Shown in pieces: positions 27,590 through 36,721 of a stretch of DNA of 64,000 bases. Under the pieces are notes generated by a model. The model was not told the origin of the DNA and made no database searches. It saw nothing but the letters and a program-made list of their open reading frames with translations. Source of the DNA: Bdellovibrionales bacterium (GTDB taxonomy: Bacteria > Bdellovibrionota > Bdellovibrionia > Bdellovibrionales > JAMPXM01); NCBI GenBank assembly GCA_043739185.1, contig JAYUEN010000286.1:39604-103603 (forward strand), written 5' to 3'. A program made the position numbers and the translations under genes. Every line of letters begins with the position of its first letter. The stretch's first letter is position 1.

Positions 27590-29185
27590 ATGAGAAAGAT
27601 TTCGGCCAAAGTTCTCTGTTTTAGCATCTTTGTTTTGTGTTCTCATGATGCTTTTGCAGCCATTCATATCAAGGCACCCACTGGGGTTTCAAAACAAACT
27701 GGCTTTACCGGCGTCGCCACGACACCAACAACTACCGCCCCTGGTGCGACACCGGCACCGCCAACAACTACGGGCGGTACCTTTATCATTTATGGCGGAG
27801 CCGCTGGCGACCCAACCAATTGCACTACTGCGAACGGGATCACAGATGGCACTTGTGATACTTGCAAATTTGCAAATATTCCTCAGGGCACAACGGGCGA
27901 TGCCGGACTCGTGGCATGCAACGAAACTCAAGTTCTTCTCAATACTCTCATAACTTTCGAATTCTACTCTGATTCAGCAAAAGGCGTTGGCATGCTGACC
28001 GATGCCACCGGCGCCACCGCTTTTCCTGCAAATTTTATTTCTTCGAATTCAGCGATCACAGCAATGCCTGCGGGAACAGTTGTTAAGATTACTCTGACTT
28101 GGGACAATTTGGTGCAAGCTCTTCATGGCTCGGCGGGTTTTCAAGACCCAATGCCAGGCGCTACGAATGGCGGCTTTAGCATTACCATGCGACTTGGAAT
28201 ATCTGCATCCGGAAATGGTCTTGGCGTTGCAACGTCAACTCCAACGACTGGCGCCGGGACTGACGATTTCATAACAATCACCGTGATCATGCAAAAAACC
28301 TATGGCAATACCGCCCCTGCCTATCAAAGCCTAAACAATGGCTGCAATGGCGTGACCAACCAACCTCTATGTTATTTTGATGTCAGCTCAGGGGATCAGA
28401 GCGCAAAACTTGAGGTTGTCGATGCCGCCGCCGGCTTTCCCGCTTTCGATAAAACTACCTTTCAGGCAATTCGGTTGTATTATTCAAAAGTTGGATTTGC
28501 AGCAATAAATCCCAAAGATTCTGCCGCAAATTTTCAGCGTATTTTGACTTCAATTCCGACGGCAACAGGTTCAATTGCTGGGATTAATTTTGACACCCGT
28601 CTCATTCAGAATCTTGAAAACACCAAGCTTTATTACATAAAAATGGCCGCTGAAGATCAGGCCGGCAATATCGGCTTTTGGACCCAAGCTTCGCAAGATT
28701 TTGCCAATTGTAGAATGGCCACAGGCCGCACAACTCCCTATGGAATTCGCAATCAGCCAGGAATTCCCGATAGTGAAACTTGCCACATTGTTAAGCCCGA
28801 TGAAATTCAAGCCATCTTGTCGGCAAATCTGAATTGTTTTATTGCAACCGCCGCTTATGGCTCGCCCATGGCAAATGAAGTTCAGAGCTTTCGTAATTTT
28901 CGAGATGTATTCTTGCTAAAACATCATTGGGGAAGAAGTTTTGTTCAATACTATTATAGATTCTCACCACAATTCGCTCACTTTATCGCTGGTCACGAGG
29001 GCTTAAGGACTGCGACTCGCATGGCGCTTTGGCCGGCTTTGGCTTTCGCTTCCCTTTCATTGAAAATTGGCGCCTTTAATACTTCATTGTTGTTTACTAG
29101 CTTTCTACTTTTATTGCTCATCTCAATTCGAATGCTGAAACCTACTCTGTCGACATTAAAGTCTAAAAAGCGTGGCATCGAATGA
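27590..29185 (+). CDS. Secreted Thr/Gly/Cys-rich protein with C-terminal CFI-box-CTERM domain and TM anchor
   Basis: Signal peptide ending [21 protein letters not shown] linker, [10 protein letters not shown]...FRNFRD...[13 protein letters not shown], hydrophobic tail followed by basic residues. Confidence 0.8.
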   Translation: MRKISAKVLCFSIFVLCSHDAFAAIHIKAPTGVSKQTGFTGVATTPTTTAPGATPAPPTTTGGTFIIYGGAAGDPTNCTTANGITDGTCDTCKFANIPQGTTGDAGLVACNETQVLLNTLITFEFYSDSAKGVGMLTDATGATAFPANFISSNSAITAMPAGTVVKITLTWDNLVQALHGSAGFQDPMPGATNGGFSITMRLGISASGNGLGVATSTPTTGAGTDDFITITVIMQKTYGNTAPAYQSLNNGCNGVTNQPLCYFDVSSGDQSAKLEVVDAAAGFPAFDKTTFQAIRLYYSKVGFAAINPKDSAANFQRILTSIPTATGSIAGINFDTRLIQNLENTKLYYIKMAAEDQAGNIGFWTQASQDFANCRMATGRTTPYGIRNQPGIPDSETCHIVKPDEIQAILSANLNCFIATAAYGSPMANEVQSFRNFRDVFLLKHHWGRSFVQYYYRFSPQFAHFIAGHEGLRTATRMALWPALAFASLSLKIGAFNTSLLFTSFLLLLLISIRMLKPTLSTLKSKKRGIE

Positions 29186-30303
29186 AGATATTTAACTTCA
29201 TTTATCGCGGCCTCTTCTTTGCCTCTCTTCTTTGCGCTTCAAACTTCGGAATGAGTCAGGAGGTAGACGCTGAACATATGGCGAAAGATTCCCAAGCCTC
29301 TCCTGAAACAGACATAAAGCCCGAAGAAGAAACGCCACCAGCAGAAGCCCCTTATCCAAACGCTAAAACAGATGAAAGCCCGGCTCCAACTCCGACCCCT
29401 GCAAAAAAGCTCGAGGCCCCGCCCGTAAGCCGGCCTACTGTTCAAAAGAAACTTGGCAAGCCTGTAAAGCCGCCGGCTAGTACCCAAGCTCCATTGAAGC
29501 TCGAGCGACCAAAATCCGTCGACGATGACGGCAACTACTTTTACGAGAGAAATAACCAAAGTGACGAGGTAGATGTTAGCAAACAAGCTTCGCCTCCTTC
29601 AAAGTTCGGCAAAGAAGGCCGACTCAAAATCACGCCCCCTATTGAATTGAAAAAAAACGGCGATTACTTTTACGGCTATGAAAAATCTCCGCACAATTAT
29701 TCGGCCTCAATCAGATTTGGACTTTATCCGGCCCCGGATTTAACCAATCCAAAAAGTGGAGCTGGCTTCAAACAGCTTTATTCGGCAGTTCCTGTGGGCG
29801 TTTTTTTGTTTGATTATGAAAAGCTTTTTCATCGCAGTATCGGAGATCTCGGAATTCGCTTCGGTTCAGGAATTTTCTTTTCGAATGGTTCAGGCCGATT
29901 TGTAAATCAAGCTGATCCTGATCGGGATCCCGCCACTATTCCAGATGTAAGTTTCAACTTTGCAATGCTCCCAAACACCATTACGGCTCTGTACCATATG
30001 CGCTATTGGGAAAATCAAATTTTCACTCCCTACTTTGGGGGCGGTGCCGGCTATTTCGTATTCACTGAAATTCGCGACGACAATCGAGATCCTAAATTTG
30101 CGGGCGCTGGCGTTGGCGTTGGCGTGGCAGGCCTCAATGTTATGATTGATGGCATTGATGCTTCAGCTGCGCGAGAACTCGAAGCCAATTACGGAATCAG
30201 TCACGTTTCACTTAGTTTTGAATTCACTCAGATCCTGGGAATTAATAAACAGTATGATTTCACTGCTTCTGTCTTAAACGGCGGCTTCAATATGGAGTTT
30301 TAG
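29182..30303 (+). CDS. Outer-membrane beta-barrel with Pro-rich N-terminal linker (resembles the myxobacterial MXAN_2562-type barrel)
   Basis: ATGA coupling, signal peptide, P/E/K-rich linker, [28 protein letters not shown], terminal GFNMEF beta-signal. Confidence 0.65.
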   Translation: MKIFNFIYRGLFFASLLCASNFGMSQEVDAEHMAKDSQASPETDIKPEEETPPAEAPYPNAKTDESPAPTPTPAKKLEAPPVSRPTVQKKLGKPVKPPASTQAPLKLERPKSVDDDGNYFYERNNQSDEVDVSKQASPPSKFGKEGRLKITPPIELKKNGDYFYGYEKSPHNYSASIRFGLYPAPDLTNPKSGAGFKQLYSAVPVGVFLFDYEKLFHRSIGDLGIRFGSGIFFSNGSGRFVNQADPDRDPATIPDVSFNFAMLPNTITALYHMRYWENQIFTPYFGGGAGYFVFTEIRDDNRDPKFAGAGVGVGVAGLNVMIDGIDASAARELEANYGISHVSLSFEFTQILGINKQYDFTASVLNGGFNMEF

Positions 30304-30366
30304 TAAGAAGTTTCATTTGAAGCAGACTCATTGCTTTGAAGACACTCATCTGCTAATAAGTTTGGC

Positions 30367-31209
30367 ATGCTTGAAGGCCCTCCATTAGCTGCCCCTGAAG
30401 AATCAGCCCATACTCCTTTTCGCCAAGCTGCGCCGGGTATGTTTCGTACAAAATTGATTGTTTCTTATGACGGAGCTGACTTCTGCGGATGGCAACGCCA
30501 AACAAAACATAAATCGGTGCAGGGGACTCTTGAGGCAGCACTGAGTAAAATCTACTCGCGACCTATTACTTTATTAGGTGCGAGCCGAACCGATAGTGGA
30601 GTACATGCGACTGGTCAAGTTGCTCACTTTGATGCCCCTAAAGACCCAAGCCTTTTTGATCTTCGCTATGCCCTGATTCGCCTGACTCCCCCCTCAATTG
30701 TGGTTCGAGATGTATTTGAGGCACCGCCCTACTTTCATTCTATCGCAAATTCAGTCAAAAAAACTTACCGATATATGGTTTTAAACAGAGTTACCCCCAG
30801 TGCTTTGAGGTACCGATATACTCATTGGGTGAGATTTCCTCTCGACATTAATTTCTTAAACGAAACGTCTAAATATCTGATAGGACGACAAGATTTCAAA
30901 AGCTTTCAAACCTCGGGTGGTGACGTCAGAACCACTACGCGAGAAATTTATCAGGCCGAATGGATCCAAAAAGACCACGATACCCTCGAGTTTGTCATTC
31001 AAGGAAACGGCTTTTTAAAGCAAATGGTCCGCAATATCGTTGGCACCTTAATCGATATGAATCAAAATGCTGATTCTCCAGAAAAACTGAAAGAAATCAT
31101 CGCGGCCCTTGATAGACGCAAGGCAGGGGCGACAGCACCCCCTCAAGGATTGTATCTTTCTCAGGTTTATTATCCATCAGAACTTGACAGGAAGTGCCGT
31201 AAACTCTAG
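30367..31209 (+). CDS. truA: tRNA pseudouridine(38-40) synthase
   Basis: YDGADFCGWQRQ, GASRTDSGVHA, GNGFLKQMVRNIVG, TAPPQGLYL. Confidence 0.96.
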   Translation: MLEGPPLAAPEESAHTPFRQAAPGMFRTKLIVSYDGADFCGWQRQTKHKSVQGTLEAALSKIYSRPITLLGASRTDSGVHATGQVAHFDAPKDPSLFDLRYALIRLTPPSIVVRDVFEAPPYFHSIANSVKKTYRYMVLNRVTPSALRYRYTHWVRFPLDINFLNETSKYLIGRQDFKSFQTSGGDVRTTTREIYQAEWIQKDHDTLEFVIQGNGFLKQMVRNIVGTLIDMNQNADSPEKLKEIIAALDRRKAGATAPPQGLYLSQVYYPSELDRKCRKL

Positions 31210-31247
31210 AAAGGTGTACTCGTTTTAAAAATAAGTGGAGATCTGTA

Positions 31248-31700
31248 ATGAAAACCTGGAATGCAAAAGAAAATGAAGTTGAGCGCAAATGGTGGATCGT
31301 TGATGCGACCGGCCTCACTCTCGGAAGAATGGCGAGCGAAATTGCTCAAGTCATTCGCGGAAAAAATAAAGCTGAATTTACACCTCATATGGACACTGGT
31401 GATTTCGTTGTCGTTATCAACTCAGAAAAAGTTGAGATGGGCGGAACCAAGTGGACTGAAAAAGAATACTATCGTCATTCACGATTTTTTGGTTCTTTGA
31501 AATCACGATCGGCTCAAGAAGTTCGTGAGTTTGATCCTGCTTTCATCATTGAGCAAGCGGTTCAAGGCATGCTTCCAAAAAACAAATTAGCTCGTCACTT
31601 GCTATTGAAACTCAAAGCTTACAAAGGTGCAGCTCATCCTCATGCAGCTCAAAAACCTGTACCTTTGGTTCTTAAAGCAAAAAACGTTCGTGCGAAATAA
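31248..31700 (+). CDS. rplM: 50S ribosomal protein L13
   Basis: WWIVDA..LTLGRMAS, FTPHMDTGDFVVVIN, GMLPKN, HPHAAQKP. Confidence 0.98.
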   Translation: MKTWNAKENEVERKWWIVDATGLTLGRMASEIAQVIRGKNKAEFTPHMDTGDFVVVINSEKVEMGGTKWTEKEYYRHSRFFGSLKSRSAQEVREFDPAFIIEQAVQGMLPKNKLARHLLLKLKAYKGAAHPHAAQKPVPLVLKAKNVRAK

Positions 31701-31713
31701 TTAGGAGATATTC

Positions 31714-32109
31714 ATGGCAGCGACTAAATTCTTTTATGCAACTGGTAGACGTAAAACAAGTACAGCTCGTATTTTCTTAAAACCAGGTTCTGGCAAAATT
31801 ATGATCAATGGTAAAACTCCTGAGAAGTATCTCAGTAAGGGTACTTCTCGCATGGTCATCAATCAGCCCTTTTTGGCGACTTCTAACCAAAGTAAATTTG
31901 ATGTTTTCATCACTGTTACTGGTGGTGGTGAAACTGGCCAATCGGGAGCGATTCGTCACGGTATTTCACGTGCCTTGGTTTCTTTTGATGAAACTCTACG
32001 TCCAACCTTGAAGGCGGCTGGCTTCTTAACTCGTGATCCAAGAATGGTTGAGCGTAAAAAATACGGTAAACCAGGCGCACGTAAGAGCTTCCAGTTCTCT
32101 AAGCGTTAG
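31714..32109 (+). CDS. rpsI: 30S ribosomal protein S9
   Basis: [34 protein letters not shown]...QFSKR. Confidence 0.98.
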   Translation: MAATKFFYATGRRKTSTARIFLKPGSGKIMINGKTPEKYLSKGTSRMVINQPFLATSNQSKFDVFITVTGGGETGQSGAIRHGISRALVSFDETLRPTLKAAGFLTRDPRMVERKKYGKPGARKSFQFSKR

Positions 32110-32134
32110 TATTTTTTGCTTCATTGCAAAATCG

Positions 32135-32164
32135 AAAAAGCGGGCCTTTACGGTTCGCTTTTTT
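32135..32164 (+). terminator. Rho-independent terminator after rpsI
   Basis: AAAAAGCGGGCC-TTTAC-GGTTCGCTTTTTT: stem with G-U pairs plus a U-tract. Confidence 0.8.
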
Positions 32165-32189
32165 ATTTTGTGACTGATAGAATTTTTTC

Positions 32190-32858
32190 ATGACCTATGA
32201 AATCTTGACCGGCAGAACAGAATCTCATCTTTGCCACTTCGCAAAAACAAATTTCTTGATTCATCGAGAGGTGGCACCGCCCCTAGAAAATCTATTTCTC
32301 ACTGCCCGGGCGGTGCGTGGCTTTGATTTCAGAATCGCAAGCGCATTTAGAAGCTTTGAATCACAAAAACAAATTTGGAATCAAAAGGCTCAAGGCAAAA
32401 GACCCATTCTAGATTTCTCAGGTAGTCCTCTCGACATCAAAACCATGAATCCTTCAGAAATCTTATTTGCCATTTTGCGCTGGACCGCCCTTCCCGGGGC
32501 CAGTCGTCACCACTGGGGCACTGATTTTGACTATTTCGATTCCTCTGCAGTTCCCGAAAATTACCAACTTAAACTTGTATCCTCTGAATACGCTCCGCGC
32601 GGCGTTTTTGCTGACGCTGACATTTGGATGCGCGCAAATGATTCAGAGTTGGGATTTTTTCAGCCTTACCTAAATGATCGAGGCGGCACTGCCCCCGAGG
32701 CTTGGCACCTCAGCCACAAAGCCATTGCTAGCAAATATTTGGAGCAATACACCTTTGCCGTTTTCGAACAAAATTTATCAGAATCTGACTTTGAGTTAAT
32801 TGATGTAGTTCGCGCCCATGCAAAAGATATTTACCAACGCTTTGTAACGAATATTTGA
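32190..32858 (+). CDS. M15 family (VanY-like) D,D-carboxypeptidase
   Basis: SAFRSFESQ, PGASRHHWGTDFD (SxHxxxxxxD), EAWH. Confidence 0.88.
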   Translation: MTYEILTGRTESHLCHFAKTNFLIHREVAPPLENLFLTARAVRGFDFRIASAFRSFESQKQIWNQKAQGKRPILDFSGSPLDIKTMNPSEILFAILRWTALPGASRHHWGTDFDYFDSSAVPENYQLKLVSSEYAPRGVFADADIWMRANDSELGFFQPYLNDRGGTAPEAWHLSHKAIASKYLEQYTFAVFEQNLSESDFELIDVVRAHAKDIYQRFVTNI

Positions 32859-32903
32859 AGGAACCGCTGGCTTTGTCCCATTGATCAAAAGAAAAAAGCC
32901 TGG

Positions 32904-33449
32904 CTAAATGCTTTTGGCCATCCAATTGCCTTGCGCGTTTCGATAAACGTGAAAGGGTATACAGTTTTCAATTTTGTTGGCAGAAGTGCCCAAAAATTTT
33001 TGCAGGGCAAGGCCCACGCCACCGTGACTTACCATTAATACTGGACCCGGGTAATACAGGCATTTGTTAAATCCCAATTGAACTCTTGCTTGAAAATCTT
33101 TGCGCGTTTCACCGGTACCCGGAGGCTCGCCGTCACCAAGAAAATCAGCTTTAATCGATTCAAATGCGACTTTCTCCCAAGCTCCGATGTCCCACTCTTG
33201 AATTTCATCAATTTGAATTAAAGGAAGTTGAAATTTTTGAGCAAAAAACTCAGCTGTCTGGCGGGCTCTTATCAATGGGCTAACGCAAATTGAATTGATC
33301 GTCTGCACTTTTTTCTTAAAGTTTTCTGCCGCCAGTGCTGCTTGCTCAAGACCTGTCGAATTGAGCTCTAAATCCCATTTTCCACCGCACATTATGCCTT
33401 TGAGATTGGCGTCGGTTTGACCGTGTCTTACAAAGTAGAATTCATTCAT
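32904..33449 (-). CDS. Histidine phosphatase (phosphoglycerate mutase-like) family protein
   Basis: VRHGQT, SPLIRARQTA, VSHGG. Confidence 0.92.
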   Translation of the reverse strand: MNEFYFVRHGQTDANLKGIMCGGKWDLELNSTGLEQAALAAENFKKKVQTINSICVSPLIRARQTAEFFAQKFQLPLIQIDEIQEWDIGAWEKVAFESIKADFLGDGEPPGTGETRKDFQARVQLGFNKCLYYPGPVLMVSHGGVGLALQKFLGTSANKIENCIPFHVYRNAQGNWMAKSI

Positions 33450-33499
33450 ATGATGATCCTACGCATTTTGTGGTTCAAAAAACAGGGATTCAATTTGCA

Positions 33500-33567
33500 G
33501 GGGCACCGCCCCAAGAATTGCGGGCGGTGCCCGCCCAGAGATCGAACCAGAGATCGAACCAGAGATC
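33500..33567. repeat. GC-rich 11-bp inverted repeat plus a 12-bp tandem repeat (about 2.75 copies)
   Basis: GGGCACCGCCC (33501-11), 10 nt, GGGCGGTGCCC (33522-32). Then CCAGAGATCGAA x2 plus CCAGAGATC (33535-67). Confidence 0.85.
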
Positions 33568-33571
33568 AGGC

Positions 33572-34609
33572 TTATTCGTCGAGTACGTAATTTTGTGGGT
33601 CAACGGGAACATTGTTCACTCGGACTTCGTAGTGAACGTGTGGGCCTGTTGAGCGACCCGTGGATCCAACTGCTGCAACGATATCGTGACGATGAATCTT
33701 CTGCCCGACTTCAACAAAAATTTGAGAAGTATGGCCGTAGCGAGTGACCACTCCGTAACCATGGTCAATTGAAACTAACTTTCCGTATCCTGCATCAAAT
33801 CCAGCAAAACTAACGACGCCATCTGCGGGCGCATAAATTGGGGACCCGGGTGAAGCCGCAATGTCCAGACCTTGATGCATCATTGGACGACCCGTGAACG
33901 GAGAAATACGATAGCCAAATTTAGAAGTAAACCAGCCGCGAGTTGGTCGAATACTTGGAGTTGCAGAAATCAAGCTTTGTTGTTCTGCAAGAGATTGCCA
34001 AAGTTCTAAAATACTTTGCTGGCGAGACACGGTTTCATTGACCGCTTGATCAATTCGTACGGCCAAAGATGCATAGTCTCGTTGGCCTTCTACCGAAAGC
34101 TCTCCTTGATTATCGTCTGTCGGAGTTCTTTCAAAAAAGACGCTATCTTTTACTGCATTACTTGGCATAAGAGCCGCAGGTTCACGAAGTTCGCCACCTT
34201 CGGCACTTACTTGGCCGACGCGGGGAAGTGGTCCGATAGCCAACTTTAAACTGCGATCTTCTTGCTCTACATTGGTGATCATTTTAAGTTTGGTTACGAA
34301 TCCTTTAACTCGATCCAGACTACTTTCAAGGGAGTTCAATTTACCTTCTACAACCTGAAACTGTTGTTTAAGAATGAGGTTTTCGGCGCGCAATCTTTTG
34401 TTTTCAATCGACTGGGTTAAGAGGCCTAAATAATCTACGGTACAGGCTGCTACTAAAACCAAAGAAATGATAAAAAAACTGATTCCAGCTTTTAACCAAG
34501 AGGCAGAAACAACCCACTTTTTGGTTGAACCCTTGGTATTTGTTACCATTAGAAATGTGATAAATTTATTTTCCAAATTCGCTCCACTATAAGCAGGCTT
34601 TTGAGCCAA
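33572..34609 (-). CDS. M23 family metallopeptidase with N-terminal TM and coiled coil
   Basis: HQGLD (HxxxD), TRYGH, STGPHVHYEV (HxH). Start codon uncertain. Confidence 0.93.
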   Translation of the reverse strand: MAQKPAYSGANLENKFITFLMVTNTKGSTKKWVVSASWLKAGISFFIISLVLVAACTVDYLGLLTQSIENKRLRAENLILKQQFQVVEGKLNSLESSLDRVKGFVTKLKMITNVEQEDRSLKLAIGPLPRVGQVSAEGGELREPAALMPSNAVKDSVFFERTPTDDNQGELSVEGQRDYASLAVRIDQAVNETVSRQQSILELWQSLAEQQSLISATPSIRPTRGWFTSKFGYRISPFTGRPMMHQGLDIAASPGSPIYAPADGVVSFAGFDAGYGKLVSIDHGYGVVTRYGHTSQIFVEVGQKIHRHDIVAAVGSTGRSTGPHVHYEVRVNNVPVDPQNYVLDE

Positions 34610-34731
34610 TAATGACTAAAAAAACTGCGTAATCATCACTGACAATCTTTTCGGCTAAATTTTCGAATCTATTAAGTTAATTTTAAACATTTGTCTCAAA
34701 ATGGGTCAATCTACAGATACGGAACTCAGGA

Positions 34732-35466
34732 CTATTGGGGCCGCGCGTAAATTGCCAATGCCGTGATATTATCATCGCCGCCATTATTTCTGGCCTCTCT
34801 GATACATTCCTCGACTACTTTGTCTGGTCTAAAGCTCTGACATATTTCAGCAATTCTAGAGTCTGTAACCATTCCTGATAGGCCGTCCGAACACAAAATT
34901 ATAAGATCTTCTGGTTCAACCAAACGCTCTAAAATGTCGCAAACCACTTCTCTCTCAAAGCCCACGCTTCGAGTAATGACGTTTTTTTGCAAAAAATTAT
35001 CTGCATCTTGTTCATTCAAAAGCCCGAATTTGATGTGTTCGTTTAATAGAGAGTGATCTTCTGTTAACTGCCAAATTTGTCGGGATCGATACAAATACGC
35101 CCTCGAATCACCAACGTTCGCAATGAACAAAGTATTGTCAAAATATAAGGCGGAAACCAGAGTTGTTCCCATACCTGCTAATTCAGTGGCCTCTATTCGA
35201 GATTTATCAAAAATTTTAATGCTTGCAGATTTATAAGCCTCTGAGAGTAAAAGGCGTGGTTGCATTTTTCGCGTGTCTTTTTGATTTTGCTTTATACATT
35301 CTTCAAGAGTCTGAATGGCCATTGAGGACGCGACTTCTCCTCCACGATGTCCACCCATTCCATCTGCGACCGCAAAAATGCCGAGCTCTTTGTTGATTAG
35401 AAATGAATCTTCGTTGCTCTCTCTTTTTAGGCCAACGTCGGTTTCACACCATGCTTCTATGATCAT
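34732..35466 (-). CDS. PP2C/PPM-family Ser/Thr protein phosphatase (Stp1-like)
   Basis: RESNED, VADGMGGH, MGTT, NVGDSRAY, TEDHS, CSDGL, GGDDNIT are all intact. Confidence 0.95.
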   Translation of the reverse strand: MIIEAWCETDVGLKRESNEDSFLINKELGIFAVADGMGGHRGGEVASSMAIQTLEECIKQNQKDTRKMQPRLLLSEAYKSASIKIFDKSRIEATELAGMGTTLVSALYFDNTLFIANVGDSRAYLYRSRQIWQLTEDHSLLNEHIKFGLLNEQDADNFLQKNVITRSVGFEREVVCDILERLVEPEDLIILCSDGLSGMVTDSRIAEICQSFRPDKVVEECIREARNNGGDDNITALAIYARPQ

Positions 35467-35658
35467 GCTTAATTTTATTCGCGTTTTTACAGATGACCAA
35501 GCATTATTTCGAAATTCGCTCACAATTATATTAAGCCGAAAAATAGGACTAAGGACTATATATCAAGCAGGCCCCTATTTGCGCCATCTGCTAATCATTC
35601 GCCATTTTAAAATAGACTCAACCCTGAACCTAAAAGAACCGATATAAAATACAGTAAT

Positions 35659-36642
35659 ATGATTAAAAAACACCGCCTCAAAATTGCAATTGCACTCTCG
35701 GTCATTCTTCATTTTTTAAGTGTCGGTGTGATTTCTTTTCGCGATGCCAAACCCGTTGATAAACATAATTATGTTGATATCGAAATGATTGAAAAGCAAA
35801 TTAAGAAATCGGCAAACTCTGATAAACTAATGGGCCAAATCGTCGAACAAAACCAAAAAGCGATCAATGATGAAGTCCCTGACGACGCCAAATTTTTAAG
35901 TAAAAACAATCAAAAAGTTGAAAAGCAAACCAAGGCCGAAAATTCTGGTAAATTTAAAAATGCTGCCGGATTTGCAAAACCAACTGAAGAAGTAGTTCAA
36001 AATCCCGAAAGTAAAATGGCCCAAGCAAAGGAAAAATCACTTGAAAAACCAGATCAAGAAAAATCAATAGTTAAAAAAATGGCTAAGGCTTCTGGTCAAA
36101 AACTTTTGACTACAAAATTCGGCGAACAAGCCTTACCAAAATTGTCAGATTTGAAACCTGAATTTAAACCAAACCCAAATGCATTTGTGGGCGGAGATCT
36201 TCAAGGAGCTGATGCGAGCGCATCCGATGATCACATCAAAGACATTCAATCCGGAATGCAAACCTTATTGAGTACTCGAGAATTCGTTTACTATACATAC
36301 TACAACCGAATTAAGGCGCGACTCAGGCAATATTGGGAACCTAAAATTAAAGAGAAGGTGAGTAGTATTTTACGTCAAGGCCGAACTATTGCCTCGACGT
36401 CGGAGAAGACAACTAAGATTGTTATTATTTTAAATGAGCTCGGAACCCTTGAAAAAATTCAGGTGATCGGCCCGAGTGGCATGACGGATTTGGATGATGC
36501 TGCTGTCGAGGCGTTTCGAGCCGCCGCACCATTTCCTAATCCACCAAAGGGCATCATCGAAGAAGATGGTAAAATACGCATCCGATGGGACTTCATCTTA
36601 GAGGCAATGGGCGAACCAGCACTTGAAGTGGACAGCGTCTAG
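35659..36642 (+). CDS. TonB/TolA-family energy transducer
   Basis: N-terminal TM with SVILH (SxxxH), K/E/P-rich linker, C-terminal SGMTDLDDAAVEAFRAAAPFPNPP. Confidence 0.85.
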   Translation: MIKKHRLKIAIALSVILHFLSVGVISFRDAKPVDKHNYVDIEMIEKQIKKSANSDKLMGQIVEQNQKAINDEVPDDAKFLSKNNQKVEKQTKAENSGKFKNAAGFAKPTEEVVQNPESKMAQAKEKSLEKPDQEKSIVKKMAKASGQKLLTTKFGEQALPKLSDLKPEFKPNPNAFVGGDLQGADASASDDHIKDIQSGMQTLLSTREFVYYTYYNRIKARLRQYWEPKIKEKVSSILRQGRTIASTSEKTTKIVIILNELGTLEKIQVIGPSGMTDLDDAAVEAFRAAAPFPNPPKGIIEEDGKIRIRWDFILEAMGEPALEVDSV

Positions 36643-36721
36643 TGTAATTGCTTTACCCCAAGACATACCTCTGATACCAATGTCCCATCGAAAATCAAAA
36701 TTAGAAATTGCACCAGGAGCT

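Noticed and set aside
32273..32283. GGCACCGCCCC inside the M15 peptidase gene as a third copy of the GC-rich repeat
   Set aside because: It is in coding sequence (VAPP codons) and a shorter match, so probably chance.
33535..33567. Tandem CCAGAGATCGAA repeats as a CRISPR array, and the ORF 33470-33652 spanning them
   Set aside because: The 12-bp units are contiguous with no spacers and there are no cas genes. The ORF's QRSN repeats just reflect the DNA repeat.
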